A DNA stretch of 59,528 nucleotides from a virus (lineage: Duplodnaviria; Caudoviricetes): positions 1 through 59,528 of the IMG/VR virus record IMGVR_UViG_3300003885_000003, one strand, 5' to 3'. Positions within the stretch are counted from its first letter, which is position 1; each line of letters starts with the position of its first letter. The notes beneath the pieces are model-generated. The model was not told the origin of the DNA and searched no databases. It saw only the letters and a program-made list of their open reading frames with translations. Below are positions 18,755 through 28,450 of this stretch, piece after piece. A program made the translations under genes and the position numbers.

Positions 18755-21700
18755 TAGATCAAACTCCTTAAAACTTCAACGACTTTGAACGTAAATTCAT
18801 CCTCGGTCATTTGGTTATTTATTTCTGTATTAAATGTGATACCGCCCATGTTGACATTGGTCGTCAGTCCCCCGGCCGCTACTGCTCCACCAACACCGCC
18901 GCCACCCCCCTCGCCACCAGGAGGCGCAATAACAGCGCCAATCGTTGCCATCGCCGCACGAATGCCGTCAACCCATGCCAATCCGAAATCATACCCGGCA
19001 TCATACGCCTGGGGGACAACTTCACGCATTACAGCAATAATTTTAGCTAAAATGTCACGTATGCCACCGGGGACAGTAGTCGTCGCGAACTCCTCCATAC
19101 GTGCCAACATAACATCTACTAAATCAAAAAGACTAACAATCTCATCAATAATTGTTTTTGCCGCTTCGCCTAGCAACAAAATATCATTTGCTATCTGTAC
19201 AGCAACAACAACAACCCCAGCAACATCAGCACTAATTGTAAATAAAGATACCAGTTTGTCTAAAACAAACATAAAATCAGCAACAAAAACCTCTATAGAC
19301 GTTGCCAAGTTATCCATTGCTTCGTATTCGCTGAGCGCAACAATCGCGTCAATTGCCGGGGTAATTACATCAAATAGACCTCTAAGATCGGAGGCTACTT
19401 TACCAGCCCATTCTAACGACCCTTGGCTTGCTACCTGTGCCAGGATCAACGCCTCAATTATTTTATCTAGTGCAATCAGTAAATCGGCTTTGAACGCCTC
19501 CGCAGCAGTTTCTAACCCGGAAGTCGTTACATAGCTGCTTAATGCAATTATGCCATCTATTGCTATTTGTATCATCTCAAAAATAGATGACACAGAAGTG
19601 GCAATCTTGCCGGCCCATTCTATCGACCCCTGGCTAATCACTTGAGCCAAGATTAATGCATCAATTATGTAATTCAGAGCATATAGCAAATCAATCTTAA
19701 ACGCCTCAGCCGATACCTTCAATCCTGAAATTATGACATATTCACCAAGCGCAATCAACCCGTCAACGGCCGGCTGAATTAATGCAACAATGGCCGTTAC
19801 TGATTCGGCAATCTTCCCTGCCCATTCGACCGATCCTTGACTTGCTACATTAGCCAAAATAAGCGCATCAATAATATTGTTCAACGCTTCTATTAAATCA
19901 CTAGAAAACGCTTCGGCAGATTCTTTTAATCCAACCACTGCTACATAATCAGCCATTGCAATCAAAGCAACAATTGCATCTTCGATTATCCCCAATAATG
20001 CCCCTGCCGCACTTGCGAATATTTCTGCATGTTCCAACGCATCGACTGAAATTAGCTGTGCTGCTTCAGACATTTTGCTTACTAGTAATTCCAACTGAGC
20101 AACAAGGATAATCAGTTTGCCAGAAACATCAGGAATTTCCACACCATCCAACACTTTGAACGCCTCAATAGCAGCTAATACAGAATCGGAAACGTCCATA
20201 ACTGCCTGAGCAAATTCTGCCGCCATTGCTGTTGCATAACCAGCAGAATTAGCGTCGATGTTATTCATTGCTGTAGCAAAGACATTTACAAATGCTTCCA
20301 GGAAGTTGCCGAATTTCACAATTGAGACGTGCATACTGTTCCAATCAGTTTCAGAGACAAAACCCATCACCATCTGAATACCGATTATTGCCGGGGCAAT
20401 AGCTGCTGACACTGCCTGTAATGCGTTGGCAAATTTGATTGTTGCCTCTGCCTCTACTGTATCAGCCATATCTGCGATAGCACTGGTCACGTATTTAGTT
20501 CCTTGTCCAATGCCCTCGGCCACGCCTTCACCGATTGATTCGCCCAACGGAATCATTACACGAGCGGGAGAAGTTGCACCAAACGCCTCTTTGAATGCTC
20601 GCAACACCCCCGCAGCCAAACTTTTCACTGCCTCTAATAGTTTGCCACCAACTGCTATAGCATTTTTCAACCCCACCACAAGGCCATTAGCGATTGAATC
20701 AGCTAACGACTTCCAATCATATTCAGCAAACCATAGAACAAAAGCACGGCCCCAATCATCCAATGTAGAAACAACATCTTCAGCAAATTCAGCCAAACCT
20801 TCTTTTATACCATCCCTAACTGGTGGATAAGTATCTTCCCATGAAAATTCTTCAAACCAGTTTACAAATGCCGCACCCCATTTATCCAGTGTTGTTTTAA
20901 CATCAATGATAAATTCAGCCAAAGCAGTCAGAACTTTTTTAGTAACGGTATATCCAAGCTCCTCCCATTTGATCCCATCTCTCCATGAAAAAAACGCGTT
21001 GCGCCATCCCTCCAATGTCGTTTTTACATCTGCAATAAATTTACTTAATGCCGTAATCACGGCATCTTTTATATCAGCACCAATTTTCGTAGCTGCTGGT
21101 TGAATAATTCCCCATAATTTCACTAGGCCATTTTGTACGCCTGTTATTAGTGCATTCAAAATCGTTAAGCCAAGAGCTTTCCAATCAACACTCTTAAACC
21201 AGTCTGATATGGCTTTCCAAAATGTGACCAAATAAGGTTTTATTATCGTCCATAAATTGCCGACAAATTCGACAATTGCATTCCATCCTGTTTGCCATGC
21301 CTCTGATATTTTGGTGGTAAACCCCTCAAAGTCGCCTTGAAATAGCAGCTTAAACGCATCAAAGGCGGTTCTTATCGCAGACCAAATATTAGCTACAAAA
21401 TCACGAATACCAGCAAAATCCGTTTCCCATGCCTTACGTAATGTGGCGACTACTAAAACCGCAGCAGCAAATGCCGCAATAACAGGAGCAATGGCTGAAA
21501 TTAATGTTACAAGAGCGCCGATCACAACGGCCCCAATAATACCAGCGACAATAATCAAAATATCTTTCAATTCTACATTCTGAGCAATCCAATCTATTAT
21601 CGGTTCAGAAAACGCAATGACAACATCTTTTATCTCGATAATTTTTTCAATCAGTCCAGGTAAAACATCATCTTTGAAATCAATAATTGTATTCAACAAT

Positions 21701-22953
21701 TCTTGCGGAATAAACTCGCTAATTGCCGCAATGAACGCGTCTAATGGTGTCATGCCCTCCTCAAGCCCCGTTGTAAATGTATTTATTGCACTGGAAATTG
21801 TTTCTATTACATTTTGAACAATCGGGAAAACAGTATCAAAAACCACCTGAACTTTAGGCATAATATCATTAGCAATACCTAACAGCGCATCACCAAGAGG
21901 CTCTAACGCCAGCAGTGCATTGCGTTTTACGCCTTCCCACATTGACGGCCAGTTATCATATTGTTGATTAAGCGCTTCAGTTGCTCCACTCATGTCCTCA
22001 AGACTGGTTACGGCACTACTCAGTCCTTCAGTAAATGACACACCCAAATCCTCGGCCATTGTACCGAAGATGGCAACTTGCGCTTTGCTGCGTTCAATTG
22101 GGTCTTCAATGCTATTTAGGCCGTCAATAATATTGGGAAAATAATCAGACCATGCCTCATCACCTGCGACAACAAAGCCTGCAATATCATCAAATGACAA
22201 TCCTATTTGATCAAAAGCCGCTTTCGTATCATCGCTCCCTTCTGAGAGAATGATCCCCATTTCTTTCACAGCATCGGCAATTTTATCTGTGCCTAAAACC
22301 CCTGTCTCGGCTCCACTCTGCATAATACTGTAAAATTCATCAGCAGAAAAACCAGCATCACCAAATAAGTTTCCATATTCTGAAATGGAATCAACAAAAT
22401 CACCACTGGCGTTTAATCCGTTTTGCATACCTGACGCAATGAAATCCATTGCTTCTTCACCAGTCAAGCCAAATTCGGCCATCAGGTTTTTAGCAGCCAT
22501 AATCGATTCGTTGACTTCAAGACCAAACGCATCACGTAAAGCAAACGCGTCCTCAGCAATGCCTTGCAATGCCTCATCGGGCATATCGCCTAAATTCTGC
22601 GTAATCGTCGTGATTGCCAGTCCAATATCATCGAACGATTCGCCAAAATTATTGGCGAAGATGCCCTTCATCACACCTTCAAAACCGATGGCCTCTTCTT
22701 TGGCAATGCCCATCTGCGCAGCCATCATATCAACGGCCGTATCAATATCAGATGAGACACTGACAACGGCGACGGCCGCGCCAATAGCGGCTGTACCAAT
22801 AGCTAAAATACCAGTAGCAGCAAGGGCAAGTCCACCGGTAACAACGCTCGCTGCTGTTGTCCCCAATCCATCAATAGACTTGCTGATACCGACAATGTTT
22901 CCACTAGCATTATCAACACTTTCAACGACAATTTCGACTGTTTTGGAAGCCAT
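18754..22953 (-). CDS. Tail tape measure protein
   Basis: 1399 aa, Ala/Gly-rich helical; DKIADAVKE and VAIFGTMAEDLG motifs; Trp/Phe-spaced repeats. Confidence 0.95.
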   Translation of the reverse strand: MASKTVEIVVESVDNASGNIVGISKSIDGLGTTAASVVTGGLALAATGILAIGTAAIGAAVAVVSVSSDIDTAVDMMAAQMGIAKEEAIGFEGVMKGIFANNFGESFDDIGLAITTITQNLGDMPDEALQGIAEDAFALRDAFGLEVNESIMAAKNLMAEFGLTGEEAMDFIASGMQNGLNASGDFVDSISEYGNLFGDAGFSADEFYSIMQSGAETGVLGTDKIADAVKEMGIILSEGSDDTKAAFDQIGLSFDDIAGFVVAGDEAWSDYFPNIIDGLNSIEDPIERSKAQVAIFGTMAEDLGVSFTEGLSSAVTSLEDMSGATEALNQQYDNWPSMWEGVKRNALLALEPLGDALLGIANDIMPKVQVVFDTVFPIVQNVIETISSAINTFTTGLEEGMTPLDAFIAAISEFIPQELLNTIIDFKDDVLPGLIEKIIEIKDVVIAFSEPIIDWIAQNVELKDILIIVAGIIGAVVIGALVTLISAIAPVIAAFAAAVLVVATLRKAWETDFAGIRDFVANIWSAIRTAFDAFKLLFQGDFEGFTTKISEAWQTGWNAIVEFVGNLWTIIKPYLVTFWKAISDWFKSVDWKALGLTILNALITGVQNGLVKLWGIIQPAATKIGADIKDAVITALSKFIADVKTTLEGWRNAFFSWRDGIKWEELGYTVTKKVLTALAEFIIDVKTTLDKWGAAFVNWFEEFSWEDTYPPVRDGIKEGLAEFAEDVVSTLDDWGRAFVLWFAEYDWKSLADSIANGLVVGLKNAIAVGGKLLEAVKSLAAGVLRAFKEAFGATSPARVMIPLGESIGEGVAEGIGQGTKYVTSAIADMADTVEAEATIKFANALQAVSAAIAPAIIGIQMVMGFVSETDWNSMHVSIVKFGNFLEAFVNVFATAMNNIDANSAGYATAMAAEFAQAVMDVSDSVLAAIEAFKVLDGVEIPDVSGKLIILVAQLELLVSKMSEAAQLISVDALEHAEIFASAAGALLGIIEDAIVALIAMADYVAVVGLKESAEAFSSDLIEALNNIIDALILANVASQGSVEWAGKIAESVTAIVALIQPAVDGLIALGEYVIISGLKVSAEAFKIDLLYALNYIIDALILAQVISQGSIEWAGKIATSVSSIFEMIQIAIDGIIALSSYVTTSGLETAAEAFKADLLIALDKIIEALILAQVASQGSLEWAGKVASDLRGLFDVITPAIDAIVALSEYEAMDNLATSIEVFVADFMFVLDKLVSLFTISADVAGVVVVAVQIANDILLLGEAAKTIIDEIVSLFDLVDVMLARMEEFATTTVPGGIRDILAKIIAVMREVVPQAYDAGYDFGLAWVDGIRAAMATIGAVIAPPGGEGGGGGVGGAVAAGGLTTNVNMGGITFNTEINNQMTEDEFTFKVVEVLRSLI

Positions 22954-22971
22954 AAAATAAAAAAGCCAGAC

Positions 22972-23489
22972 TTATGCGCCTGGCTTTGACCGTTCCTTAA
23001 ATTCTCTCATTCGCGCTTCTACATCCATGATAGACAAAACCGCTTGAATGTCTCTAAAATCCTGTGCTTTTAATTCTGACGGCGTACAATGGAATACATG
23101 TCGCATCAAAATATAACTCTGGTATTCAATTGGAGGAGAGCCAATTACGCCATCATGGAATAAAAACTGCTCCAGTGACGGCGCTATACGTTTTTTTGCT
23201 CTGCCAATGCCTGTTGAAGATACTCAGAAATCGCTCTGAATAAATTGAAAGTGTGCCTGAGGGGGATCGCTTTTGTGCCCCCTTCAATATATGTATTCAG
23301 AAAGTTAAAGATGGGCTTCGGATCGCCATCACCGGCGCTTTCTTGAATAGCCATAATATCTTCAAGCATTCCCCAAGTCGTTTCCATTAGCACAAATTCA
23401 TACGGCGACGAGCCATTATCATCACGCGCAAATGTGATATGCACCTGGTCATCTGGCAATTCCTCAAATCTAAAAGTTGTGTCTGCCAT
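22972..23489 (-). CDS. Tail assembly chaperone (short form 23184..23489) and its -1 frameshift extension
   Basis: Slippery A AAA AAC at QKN before TAG; the -1 frame stays open to TAA at 22972 (RIAPSLEQFLF...FHCTPSEL...); lies between tail tube and tape measure. Confidence 0.8.
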
Positions 23490-23914
23490 TACGCCACATT
23501 CGCTCTGGTCAATGCGCCATTACCAACAAACGGCACAGCCAACTGCAAGGCAGCGGCCGTACTAGCATCACCCGGATATACAATTTGTGTAAAATAGGCG
23601 TTGCCTGAAAGTGCCTCATCCCCTGAGTTGTTACCCGCAACGCTAATTACAAGAGCGCTATTTGTCCCCCCTTCAAACGCAGAGACACACTCAGCATATG
23701 CCTCAGTCGCAGTTTCAGAATAATAAATATTCAGCGTTCCTGACCATCGCCGCTTGCCAACAAGAGCAAAGGCAAAATCGCCATCAGCAGTATAGTGCTG
23801 GCTGTTTTCAATGTCTACAGTTAGCGACGCAGACATTGTAGACCCTGCAATCGCTTGCCCACCCACTGAAACATACAACGCTTTTCCATTAATTATTGTC
23901 GCTGATTGTGCCAT
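23489..23914 (-). CDS. Major tail tube protein
   Basis: GKRRWSGTL, SGNAYFT and FVGNGAL pattern; position. Confidence 0.8.
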   Translation of the reverse strand: MAQSATIINGKALYVSVGGQAIAGSTMSASLTVDIENSQHYTADGDFAFALVGKRRWSGTLNIYYSETATEAYAECVSAFEGGTNSALVISVAGNNSGDEALSGNAYFTQIVYPGDASTAAALQLAVPFVGNGALTRANVA

Positions 23915-24158
23915 CGTCTTTCACCTCATTTGTTTTTACTGTTTTACGCCGTTTTGATTTCACCAATTCAGCCACTTGTTCACGTGGTAAAATCAATGTT
24001 AAGCCGTCTTTTGCCAATAACTTTTTGGCGATGTCATCAGGTAAATAAATATTTTCACCCACCTGATATAACCTGTTTTCCACTCCTAAACGAGCGGCCG
24101 TGCTTTCACGAAGTATAAGTGGCATATCAACAATGTATTTTTTCAGTTCTTCGCTCAT
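23889..24158 (-). CDS. Hypothetical protein
   Basis: YQVGENIYLPDDIAKKLL; coupled in operon. Confidence 0.6.
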   Translation of the reverse strand: MSEELKKYIVDMPLILRESTAARLGVENRLYQVGENIYLPDDIAKKLLAKDGLTLILPREQVAELVKSKRRKTVKTNEVKDDGTISDNN

Positions 24159-24490
24159 GGTAAGTTGAATACTCCAATTGTGACGCTGGCCGTTGCCGAC
24201 CACGTAATATCAATATTGCCATCGGCAGCGTTATAAAGGCTTTTTGCAAATGGGCCGGCCATTTGTTCACCAGTTGTTGCTGCCACGCTAACAACCGTAT
24301 CAGCAATTGCATGGCTCTGTACCGTACCGGCCGTTGTGATTGTGCAAGTTATCACCCCACCTGATGTATTTTTAATATGTATAAATGTACGGCCGTCGTT
24401 GACGAACTCTTGACTAGCCGCAGCAGCAGCATATGAACTTGCTACATTTACACCGTTAAAATCGATTGTATATGTTGTTAGTAGTGCCAT
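24155..24490 (-). CDS. Virion structural protein
   Basis: FVNDGRTFIHIKN...AGPF motif. Confidence 0.65.
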   Translation of the reverse strand: MALLTTYTIDFNGVNVASSYAAAAASQEFVNDGRTFIHIKNTSGGVITCTITTAGTVQSHAIADTVVSVAATTGEQMAGPFAKSLYNAADGNIDITWSATASVTIGVFNLP

Positions 24491-24496
24491 AGTTTT

Positions 24497-25000
24497 CTAC
24501 CTATCATAAATCTGCATTATTTGAATATGAAACAATCGCGTCCAGAATGGTTCTTCGTTCCAATAGTCATGGTCAGCAAACGTTTCAATGTGCGTATGTT
24601 CTCCACCTGAGCTTGTGCCAATTTCCCATATAGTTCGAGCAGATTTGCTTGAATACCGTTCGCGAGCCACCAAATTGTTAATTGCTCTACGCCAGCCACG
24701 TTCTAGTAATTCGGCATCTGCCGCAGCTTGAGACGGCCGTCTATGCTCACCGCGAGATAGATATAAAAGCCACTCCATTGTCCATCGGTCATAGCCTCTT
24801 ACGCCACGATTGCCGATGTCACCAAGTTGCTCGTTAATGCCTTTTACCTGGCTGACAATCATCACCGGCAAATTAGTCATGTCTACGTTGGCATAGTCAT
24901 CGGGGTAAATGTACACAGCCTGTAATGTTGTTGTGCCATTCGACAAGCCGGCTAAAATAGTTTTAGCTACATCCAACGTATCAGAAACGCTACTCATCAA
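24497..25000 (-). CDS. Tail terminator / neck protein
   Basis: Position; VYIYPDD...LPVM. Confidence 0.55.
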   Translation of the reverse strand: MMSSVSDTLDVAKTILAGLSNGTTTLQAVYIYPDDYANVDMTNLPVMIVSQVKGINEQLGDIGNRGVRGYDRWTMEWLLYLSRGEHRRPSQAAADAELLERGWRRAINNLVARERYSSKSARTIWEIGTSSGGEHTHIETFADHDYWNEEPFWTRLFHIQIMQIYDR

Positions 25001-25418
25001 ACAGCTCTACATATCGCTCACTAATCGCCTCAGTCAAAACCGGAATGCGTTCTTGTTCTATCACTTCATCAGCACGCCACCAGAACGGAATGTGCATCCA
25101 TGCCTGTCGATTATGTTTTGCGCCTACTTTCGGACCAACAACATAAACAGGATAAAAGCGGCCTTTCTGTCGTGCATTGTTTCCAATTACCCACGTTCCC
25201 GGCCTAATACGGCGGTCGTACCAACTTCTTCGTAGCGTCCCGGTGCGTTTGTAATTAGAAACTCGTGCAGGATAAGGTTTACGCTTCATGTAGCCAGTCG
25301 TATTTCCTGCCCATTTTCGCATTACATTATCTGTTTCACGCGGATGCGCTGACCCCATTCGCCGTAATGCTCGTTGCAAATCCTCATCGCGAATGATTAT
25401 TGAAACAGTTTCAGCCAT
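24990..25418 (-). CDS. Neck / virion morphogenesis protein (HK97 gp10-like)
   Basis: YKRTGTLRRSW...GNNA...YPVYVVG. Confidence 0.7.
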   Translation of the reverse strand: MAETVSIIIRDEDLQRALRRMGSAHPRETDNVMRKWAGNTTGYMKRKPYPARVSNYKRTGTLRRSWYDRRIRPGTWVIGNNARQKGRFYPVYVVGPKVGAKHNRQAWMHIPFWWRADEVIEQERIPVLTEAISERYVELFDE

Positions 25419-25843
25419 TATTCAGGGTCCCAATCTTTGACTTTATGACCAAATGCCTTGCGCTGGAAAAGCGGTGTAACAGTCGTGCCTGCAAAATCCA
25501 GGTCTTTCGTTGCGATGTCGGCCGTTGCTACCTCGTCACCATAGCCATACCGCTCACGCCATTCGGTCGCCTGTTTTGCATACCCCTTCGACGCATCCGA
25601 TCTCGTAAACGAACCCGACAAAACGCTAAACGATGTTTTTGGTTGCCATGCCGCTACTAGCGCTTCAAATCCACCAGCAACAGCCCGCTGCCAAGTTCCT
25701 TCGTAGGTAATGAGTGCATCAAGCTCAGCGTCAGAGAAATTGTTATTGTTTGGTTTTGGCCCCTGGCTTTCTGTTGTATCCTGAAGCCAAAAACGAACTT
25801 TGTCTCTATCTGTAGCTAGATCATCGTCATATGAAAATGCCAT
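25418..25843 (-). CDS. Head-tail adaptor
   Basis: MAFSY...DRDKVRFWLQDT...FSDAELD. Confidence 0.7.
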   Translation of the reverse strand: MAFSYDDDLATDRDKVRFWLQDTTESQGPKPNNNNFSDAELDALITYEGTWQRAVAGGFEALVAAWQPKTSFSVLSGSFTRSDASKGYAKQATEWRERYGYGDEVATADIATKDLDFAGTTVTPLFQRKAFGHKVKDWDPE

Positions 25844-26233
25844 TTAGCCACCAATAATAAACCACACGTCTGCGCTGTCTGAATTATTTGCCTGCGCGAT
25901 AGTAACTTTTACGCTGTCACCAATGACCGGAGCAATATACGTTGCCGCAATTGCCGCTCCTGCATTATCAGATACCGCATGTTGCACATTGAACCAGCCA
26001 TCAGTATTAGCATTCGTTAGCGTAAGCAACGTCAGAGCCGGAACGCTTGTACCAGAGGTTGCAATGGTTACGTCGGTTGTTGCCGGAGGAGTGTCATTAT
26101 ATCGTACATAGATACTGTGAATTACTCCGTTGATCGGAATTGATGTTGTGCTATTTGCCGTTGCTATACCGGCTCCCCCAGCAGCAACGCCACTGTTGAA
26201 CGGCCCGGCCAGTGAAATCGAAAGCGGCATCAT
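25844..26233 (-). CDS. Putative virion protein
   Basis: Beta-rich; in head operon. Confidence 0.55.
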   Translation of the reverse strand: MMPLSISLAGPFNSGVAAGGAGIATANSTTSIPINGVIHSIYVRYNDTPPATTDVTIATSGTSVPALTLLTLTNANTDGWFNVQHAVSDNAGAAIAATYIAPVIGDSVKVTIAQANNSDSADVWFIIGG

Positions 26234-26538
26234 TGATTCTCCAACATTTTACGCAAGGCTGGCTTTCTGAGAACTTCATATTCAGCTATGCCTGCGTCTT
26301 TTGCACGCTGCCGTAATTCATTGATCTTCATACCAGAATAATCAGTAACAACAACAACAACCGTATCCTCTACAGTAACCAGCAAATCGCCGGCACTAGT
26401 CGTGATTAACATCGGATGGTTTTCAGCTTCTATCTCAAAGCCATTGGGGACAATGCGGTATTCGTATTTCACAAACTCGCGTCCGGCAAATGCCGTTACC
26501 ACGCTGAAACGGAAATCGTTAGGGACTTTTGCTTCCAT
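26230..26538 (-). CDS. Protein with C-terminal Rho-N-like helix-extension-helix
   Basis: MKINELRQRAKDAGIAEYEVLRKPAL. Confidence 0.65.
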   Translation of the reverse strand: MEAKVPNDFRFSVVTAFAGREFVKYEYRIVPNGFEIEAENHPMLITTSAGDLLVTVEDTVVVVVTDYSGMKINELRQRAKDAGIAEYEVLRKPALRKMLENQ

Positions 26539-27083
26539 TATGCGACTGCCGCACTGAACGGCGTGGCCTCAGAGCCACCGCCTGACTGCGTAAATGCCTG
26601 GCAAGACCAGAATCCTGCAATGTAATCTATACACCGAATATACCCACCGACGATACCGCCGGTAGTCGCTGCGCCGGCAAATGTCATGGTATCGTCACCG
26701 GCATCCGCTCGCCAGATTTTCGATGTGCCATCCACATCGGTATCTTGCTGAATATTGAGCGAGCCGTCCATTACATCAGTCGCATTCGCAACCTGAATAA
26801 TGTTGGCATTACTCGTTGCTGCCACTGCAATAACAATATGATAGATGTGACCTGTCCCAGTTGCAGCCGGCAACGTTATCGCCACGCCAGCGGCGCGAGA
26901 CATAGACACCACTTTCCCGGCATGGGTCGCGGCCGTTAACGTCAACGTTGCCGTTGTTTCATCGACTGCTGCATTTGCCGACACATCAGCGGCTGAATTC
27001 AGTTCAGCCGCCGTTGCAGTTACGGCCGTGCTGCCAAGTTGAAGCGATGTGATGTCCAGAGTATCAAGATTGGTTGTTCCCAT
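26538..27083 (-). CDS. Head fibre / decoration-like protein
   Basis: VTATAAELN, ITLPAATGTG and EATPFSA motifs. Confidence 0.65.
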   Translation of the reverse strand: MGTTNLDTLDITSLQLGSTAVTATAAELNSAADVSANAAVDETTATLTLTAATHAGKVVSMSRAAGVAITLPAATGTGHIYHIVIAVAATSNANIIQVANATDVMDGSLNIQQDTDVDGTSKIWRADAGDDTMTFAGAATTGGIVGGYIRCIDYIAGFWSCQAFTQSGGGSEATPFSAAVA

Positions 27084-27094
27084 CTGTCACACTC

Positions 27095-27991
27095 CTACGT
27101 GTTGCCGAGGTAAGCTGATAACGGATCGCCGTAACCGACTACATAGCGGCCATGATACTGCCAGTACCAACGGCCACCATCGGGTTGTTTGTTATCAAAC
27201 CAGGGTTCATTATTCAACTGCGGGCGTTTGCGAATCGCTACATAAAGTGGCTTAATTGACTGTGTTTCGTCAATCAACACCCACGCGGTTGTATCAAACT
27301 GTGGCACAGTAAAATAGTTCACTCCGGTATACGGGTTAATGTCACGATTAGCAGTGCCAGATTTCTCTGGATTACCAGTGATATTAGCTGCAACGCTGTT
27401 CAACGACGGATGACACACTATCAAACTTGGATTAAGTTCATAGTAATTTTCCTGGTCGTCTTTGAACTGTCGCATAGCAACCCAAACGGTATCAAAATTA
27501 GTCGCTGTCAATGCCAACGCACCGAGGTTGTCCTGTGCAGTCGTGTTTTTGGCATCTGGATAAAGGTGTGAATTGTTAAAAAACGTAGTTGCTGTGCTGA
27601 TACCTGTACCATAAGTTGCTGTATCCCCAGCGTTCAGCACCGTAAAGGTGCGGCTGTTGATGTGCCGCTGAAACGCCGGGATAACATTACGAAAACGTGT
27701 CAACAAAGAACCAGTCTGGTCGTCATCTATCGAGTTTTGAGACAAGCTCAGTGTCAGATAAAAATCAGTTGGGTCAACAGTTTTGCCACGTTCAACCATT
27801 GTATCGACCGCTTTGGGGTCTTCGGTCGGGATAGGCATCCCGCCTAAATCAACAAACGTAGTTGACGAGGCAGTAAGGTCAATTTCTGTCGCCACTCGAC
27901 GGTATGGCATATCGTCACGCACACGTCCAGCCAAAACGCCGGTTCGTGCCGCTACTTCTAAATGTTTCGGTAAATTTCCTCTGATAGCCAT
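27095..27991 (-). CDS. Major capsid protein (Mu gpT-like)
   Basis: IDDDQTG, FFNNSH, M..FKDD, TAWVLID...KPL, GRYVVGYG. Confidence 0.85.
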   Translation of the reverse strand: MAIRGNLPKHLEVAARTGVLAGRVRDDMPYRRVATEIDLTASSTTFVDLGGMPIPTEDPKAVDTMVERGKTVDPTDFYLTLSLSQNSIDDDQTGSLLTRFRNVIPAFQRHINSRTFTVLNAGDTATYGTGISTATTFFNNSHLYPDAKNTTAQDNLGALALTATNFDTVWVAMRQFKDDQENYYELNPSLIVCHPSLNSVAANITGNPEKSGTANRDINPYTGVNYFTVPQFDTTAWVLIDETQSIKPLYVAIRKRPQLNNEPWFDNKQPDGGRWYWQYHGRYVVGYGDPLSAYLGNT

Positions 27992-27994
27992 AAT

Positions 27995-28450
27995 TTATGC
28001 TCCTGTACAAATCTGCGGACTGATTAGCTGCACATACTGAAAGCCGTCTTTAACGCGATGCAATTTACCGACCTGCGGATTGTCTCCGGCAGTTGCCGAC
28101 AATGTGCCACTATCTGACATATACATAGTGTCACCCACATCAGCGTCAGTAAAAACGGCGCCAGGGAAACCAAGAATGGTGGGCCATACATACACACTGA
28201 TTTTGTTGTCAGTTTCAGTATCGGCCGTGGCCACGGATGCGGGTTCTTCAGCGATGCCCACGAAAATGTCAGTCGCAACAACTGTTGTTGCGTCAACAAA
28301 ACCACGTATATACACAGTGTCAGCTGATTGATCAATAATCATCGGCTGACCTTTGTAAATGGTTTGCACAGCCGAATTATCGAGCACCCAAATTTCAGTA
28401 GTCGCTTCACCCGCAACTTTCACATAGGCATTAGTTGTTAAATCAGCCAT
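27995..28450 (-). CDS. Capsid decoration / cement protein
   Basis: IYKG...FVGIAEE...DVGDTMYMSD; between protease and capsid genes. Confidence 0.7.
   Translation of the reverse strand: MADLTTNAYVKVAGEATTEIWVLDNSAVQTIYKGQPMIIDQSADTVYIRGFVDATTVVATDIFVGIAEEPASVATADTETDNKISVYVWPTILGFPGAVFTDADVGDTMYMSDSGTLSATAGDNPQVGKLHRVKDGFQYVQLISPQICTGA

Noticed and set aside
18785-22960. Long plus-strand ORFs opposite the tape measure gene and other shadow ORFs in the track
   Set aside because: Antisense shadows of biased codon usage; no RBS or motifs
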